Of a stretch of 18,841 bases of DNA, positions 15,526-18,841 are shown one piece after another. The notes below the pieces were generated by a model. It was not told where the DNA came from, did not search any database, and saw only the letters and a program-made list of their open reading frames with translations. The stretch is from Oligoflexales bacterium (GTDB lineage: Bacteria; Bdellovibrionota_B; Oligoflexia; Oligoflexales; RGVZ01), in contig JBIIGV010000056.1 of the NCBI GenBank assembly GCA_044236265.1, positions 1-18,841 on the forward strand, in the 5' to 3' direction. Each line of letters starts with the position of its first letter. Position 1 is the stretch's first letter. The position numbers and the translations under genes are program-made.

Positions 15526-16758
15526 TTAGTTTGCTAATGCTGCCCTGAGCTTATCCATCTCGGGGAGATTAATGATCGGGTTTTTGCTGATGAGTGGCTT
15601 GTAGTCCGCAGCGTGTTTTCTGCGTTCGATATATTTTGTATCCCAATAGCGCCAGCAAATATCAGGATGCACTTTGTTAAAACTAATTCCTTCGCGGTAC
15701 CTGGATGGCTCTGGTGAAAGTGGATTCATCGGATCACATTCGTAATCTGCACGCACTGCCTTGGCTAAGTGAATAAATGACTGTGGGAAAATATCTGGGT
15801 CAAACCCAGCCCGCAGGTACAATTCAAAGCCAACTTCATCGGCCTCCTGCTCTTCAAATTGCAGAATCGGAAGTCTATGTCTCTCTAAATCCAGCTCGGC
15901 TTTAGCCAAATCATTACTGATTCCGGAGTCGGGGTCTCTGATCAACTCTCGGCGTGATAATACCGACTTGATCTGTTTTGCAAGGTCGGCTGATATGGGT
16001 CCTCCTTTTTTTGCAGCAAGTTTGTCAGCCTCAACAATCCAGGTATCAATCTCCAACAATAGGGATTCACCGCTATCGAGACTTGGTCCTTGTCTAAATT
16101 GTTGATGAGCTTCCATTAAGTACTTGGGAAAGGACGTCTTGAATTTGTCGATCATACCTTGGTTTGTGATCACCTGATCGATAGTTCTAGATACCTCATT
16201 GTTATTTGCATTAATGAAGCTTTGAATGGCCTTGAAGTTTGCGTCGTCCAATCTTTTTCGAACTTGTTCGACCTTGGTTTTAAGTTTCGCCTCCTTCGCA
16301 CGATCATATCCAGGAGGTGCATTGTCACGACTGGACTCGTGGTGGCTCATGCTGAAGTGTGCTAGCTCATGGGCAATCGTGGCTGCTTTAGCAGCGTCAC
16401 TTTCAAGTCCAGGTAATGGATGTAGGATTTTTTTGAAAAATCGCATCGTACCGTTCGAGGCCTCCATTGAAGCGTTTAGTCCGTCTGTCTTCATGATTTG
16501 AACACAAAGATATTTGCGAGACAGGTTGCCCGTAAATGTGCCCGGATTTTTTGACGTAATGTAGTCAATCAAAGCAGTCGCGTAACGAAACTCTGGTGTA
16601 TCCTCGCCTGAATTGTTGCAAGGCTCGGGGGCCTTGGTGCGTGAGACAGACGTATGTCCAAACGTGTGTTTCAACTTTGTACCGGCGTCACTACGAGGTT
16701 TACATGCTAAAGTGACCTCCAGAAGACCCAAAGCAATTCCGAGACTGATCAAACGCAT
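15526..16758 (-). CDS. M48-family zinc metallopeptidase, lipoprotein
   Basis: Lipobox VTLA-C; LNAS strand; TIAHELAH (HExxH at 16357-16371); EQEADEVG..L..AGFDP; HP motif (VHPD). SD AAGGAG. Confidence 0.87.
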   Translation of the reverse strand: MRLISLGIALGLLEVTLACKPRSDAGTKLKHTFGHTSVSRTKAPEPCNNSGEDTPEFRYATALIDYITSKNPGTFTGNLSRKYLCVQIMKTDGLNASMEASNGTMRFFKKILHPLPGLESDAAKAATIAHELAHFSMSHHESSRDNAPPGYDRAKEAKLKTKVEQVRKRLDDANFKAIQSFINANNNEVSRTIDQVITNQGMIDKFKTSFPKYLMEAHQQFRQGPSLDSGESLLLEIDTWIVEADKLAAKKGGPISADLAKQIKSVLSRRELIRDPDSGISNDLAKAELDLERHRLPILQFEEQEADEVGFELYLRAGFDPDIFPQSFIHLAKAVRADYECDPMNPLSPEPSRYREGISFNKVHPDICWRYWDTKYIERRKHAADYKPLISKNPIINLPEMDKLRAALAN

Positions 16759-16982
16759 TCGGGAGCTCCTTACCGCAATGTTATTATATTTATGATTATA
16801 TCGTGGCTGTTACATGGGGTAAAAACCACCCCCTCGCGACACATGGCGGATTTGAATATTTATGGTTTCGACAGGATGCCAAGACGCATCTTTAAGAATC
16901 TAATTTTATTGAATAATATACGTTTCCCTCAAGGTTCCTCTTGTTTCTTCCGCTCTCCTTAGTGACAGGCTCGGAGGGTCCT

Positions 16983-17699
16983 ATGATGCGTTCAATCAAA
17001 TTCAATTCGTTGCTTGTAGTTTTAATGGTCGCCGCTTGCGCCGACGGAGAGTTTTCCGGCAACCAGCGTGCCTTCAAGAAACAAGACTGCAAACCCGGAG
17101 ACGAGGGCTGCAAAAAAGGTCTCGAGCTCGGAGAACCTGTAGAAAGTTTGCCGGAGACCACAGGTGAGACCAAAGGCTCAGATCCCAATGGAACTTTGAC
17201 CAATGACGCAGGCAAAGCCAAAGTCAATGTATCCATCGGTCCATCGAGCACACCAACGACTGCGCCCTCACCAGATGGAGTTTGTACCATTCCGCCAACG
17301 AATGTTGGTGTCAGCGCAAAACTGATGGGATCAAACTGGCGATGCAAACTCGAAACGATGACAATTCCCGACGCGATTGTCCTTCCCGGTGATGCAACAG
17401 AAATAGACGTTAAGATTACCCAGTACGGGGTAGATGATTGGAATCCGTGTACGAAACTTAACGGGAAAGAGATTGGCTGTAATCGGAATGAGAAGAAAGC
17501 CTGTACCGCTGGTGGACCTGGTCCGCGAGTTAGCAAGTTTGATTTTGATCTAAGTCAGCATCTGAAGGCAGGAACTAACGAACTCTACGTCGAGTCCTTT
17601 AATAAGCACACATATTGGTCAATGTGGTTTACCGTGTCGGGAACTTACAAGTCTCTTCAAGAAGGTTGTAAGCATTCGCTCAAGCTGATTAAGAACTAG
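16983..17699 (+). CDS. Lipoprotein with C-terminal galactose-binding-like jelly-roll domain
   Basis: SD GGAGG before ATG 16983; lipobox VAA-C; low-complexity linker; then YGVDD....KLNGKEIG and FDFDLSQHLKAGTNELYVE, which resemble the GH2 sugar-binding-domain pattern. Confidence 0.75.
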   Translation: MMRSIKFNSLLVVLMVAACADGEFSGNQRAFKKQDCKPGDEGCKKGLELGEPVESLPETTGETKGSDPNGTLTNDAGKAKVNVSIGPSSTPTTAPSPDGVCTIPPTNVGVSAKLMGSNWRCKLETMTIPDAIVLPGDATEIDVKITQYGVDDWNPCTKLNGKEIGCNRNEKKACTAGGPGPRVSKFDFDLSQHLKAGTNELYVESFNKHTYWSMWFTVSGTYKSLQEGCKHSLKLIKN

Positions 17700-17741
17700 T
17701 ACATGTCAATTGATTGATGTGCGGTGCTATACGCGAATGGA

Positions 17742-18797
17742 TCACCGCAGCATATCCCTGGTAATATGACCGACCCATGACATGTCGCTTGCACGGCGCC
17801 TATACATCTGAACACTATTATTAAAATTCCCTTCGAGAGTGACAAATTCGCTCCTGGATTTGTCGTAGGCAATAATCATAGCCGCGTGACTGCCGACACG
17901 GAAATAGTCACCATGAATCATTTCTTTTTGGCTGAGGCTTAGCAGCTCATTTCCTGAAATTGTCGCCTTTAAGCTGCTCCAATAGTTGGAATCGTAGTGG
18001 GTATTCTGACTTCCAGATCTAGTTTTTAAATCGTTTTTGATAACCCAATTGTAGAAGACATGACACCAGCCACCTCCAGAATGCTGCGTATAGCCCTTCT
18101 GGCGATCATAACGGCCAAGAGACCAGTCATGGACTTCGCCAAAACCGCGCATGACAATTCGCGCTCTGGACGAAGCTAAGGGATCATTTTCGCCGTCTGT
18201 GACCATTTGGTATGACTGCGTCGACGCACCCAGATATCTCGGCTGACTTTGAGCCTGGTCCATTACGGTCAAATCAAAAAAGTGCACGCGTAATTTATAG
18301 ACTGTAGCAGGTTTAAAGTTCTCACCTTTAATCGTTGCCAGCCCATTGCTATCGAGAGAAATGGCGGTATTAGATGAAACGAAACTAGAGGACTCACTCA
18401 TGGGGTAACCGGCAATCACAACGCCTAAATTAGATCCAAGTTTTATGAGTTCAGGGTTTGTAAGTTTAACTCGTATGTTTGGACTGGTTGGATGAATGGA
18501 AGTAATACCGAACGCGTAATCAAAGTCAATTCCACTCATTCTTTGCGTCGCAGATCGTATTTGATTTGCATCGTAAGCGAAGCGCTTGATCGTAGGATCC
18601 GCACTGGTCGTCTGCGTCTCGCCTGCTTGGGAGTTGCTTGATCCAGTACGTGGACCATCATTTTGGGATTGAGCAGGCTTGCGTGCGCGCACGGAGTCAG
18701 GAATCGTGCCTTGACTGCCACACGCTGTTGCCAAAAGGAGAGCTAGGACTGCCGGAAGGGCGTTTTGGATCTTACTTAAGATTCCAAGGCTATTCAT
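17742..18797 (-). CDS. Lipoprotein with C-terminal CHAP (Cys/His amidohydrolase) domain, putative peptidoglycan hydrolase
   Basis: Lipobox LATA-C; Ser/Gln linker; FN3-like strand FKPATVYKLRV; CHAP motifs WCHVFYNW, HGDYF, SHAAMII and VTLEGN. Confidence 0.8.
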   Translation of the reverse strand: MNSLGILSKIQNALPAVLALLLATACGSQGTIPDSVRARKPAQSQNDGPRTGSSNSQAGETQTTSADPTIKRFAYDANQIRSATQRMSGIDFDYAFGITSIHPTSPNIRVKLTNPELIKLGSNLGVVIAGYPMSESSSFVSSNTAISLDSNGLATIKGENFKPATVYKLRVHFFDLTVMDQAQSQPRYLGASTQSYQMVTDGENDPLASSRARIVMRGFGEVHDWSLGRYDRQKGYTQHSGGGWCHVFYNWVIKNDLKTRSGSQNTHYDSNYWSSLKATISGNELLSLSQKEMIHGDYFRVGSHAAMIIAYDKSRSEFVTLEGNFNNSVQMYRRRASDMSWVGHITRDMLR

Positions 18798-18841
18798 GCT
18801 GCACCTGATCGGACCGGGTTTTTGTTGGCGGTAACCCTTTT

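Noticed and set aside
16760..16771. CGGGAGCTCCT resembles the tRNA-Leu 3' end (CGGGAGCACTCCT), a possible attR
   Set aside because: Only 7 bp are identical, the rest is explained by the minus-strand SD (AAGGAG) of the M48 gene, and no integrase is present.
16862..16876. ATGGTTTCGACAGG resembles the 5' part of tmRNA
   Set aside because: It lacks the preceding GGGG acceptor strand, no matching T-arm/CCA 3' end is visible, and a CDS begins about 110 nt later.
16892..17536. 214-aa minus-strand ORF
   Set aside because: It is antisense to a lipoprotein gene that has a good SD, lipobox and domain pattern, and it has no motifs of its own.
1..18841. CRISPR array, IS element, prophage or known defence system
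   Set aside because: I saw no regularly spaced DNA repeats, terminal inverted repeats, or transposase, integrase, nuclease or phage structural motifs.

Overview
Chromosomal window with no integrase, transposase, phage gene or CRISPR array. The lipoprotein-rich gene style suggests Bdellovibrionota/Oligoflexia (inference only). The left and middle parts carry recognisable genes: a GT4 glycosyltransferase, an HtrA protease, folB with an extra C-terminal domain, a large class A PBP with an ~265-aa insertion inside its transpeptidase domain, apt, mscS, a rimK plus M14 desuccinylase-family operon and a divergent rlmJ-like methyltransferase. The right part has tRNA-Leu(TAA), a DCC-family redox protein and mostly orphan predicted lipoproteins: one built only of five dockerin-like modules, one ending in KPWWVFW, an M48 peptidase, a jelly-roll sugar-binding-like protein and a CHAP hydrolase. 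The most interesting signals are (i) short motifs shared just after the lipid-anchor Cys of unrelated lipoproteins (CAxxEFSG; CKxR), which could be sorting or export codes, (ii) the catalytic-domain-free poly-dockerin lipoprotein, whose leader has an anti-SD arm next to a sigma28-like promoter, and (iii) the PBP insertion. All calls come from reading motifs by eye; no searches were run.
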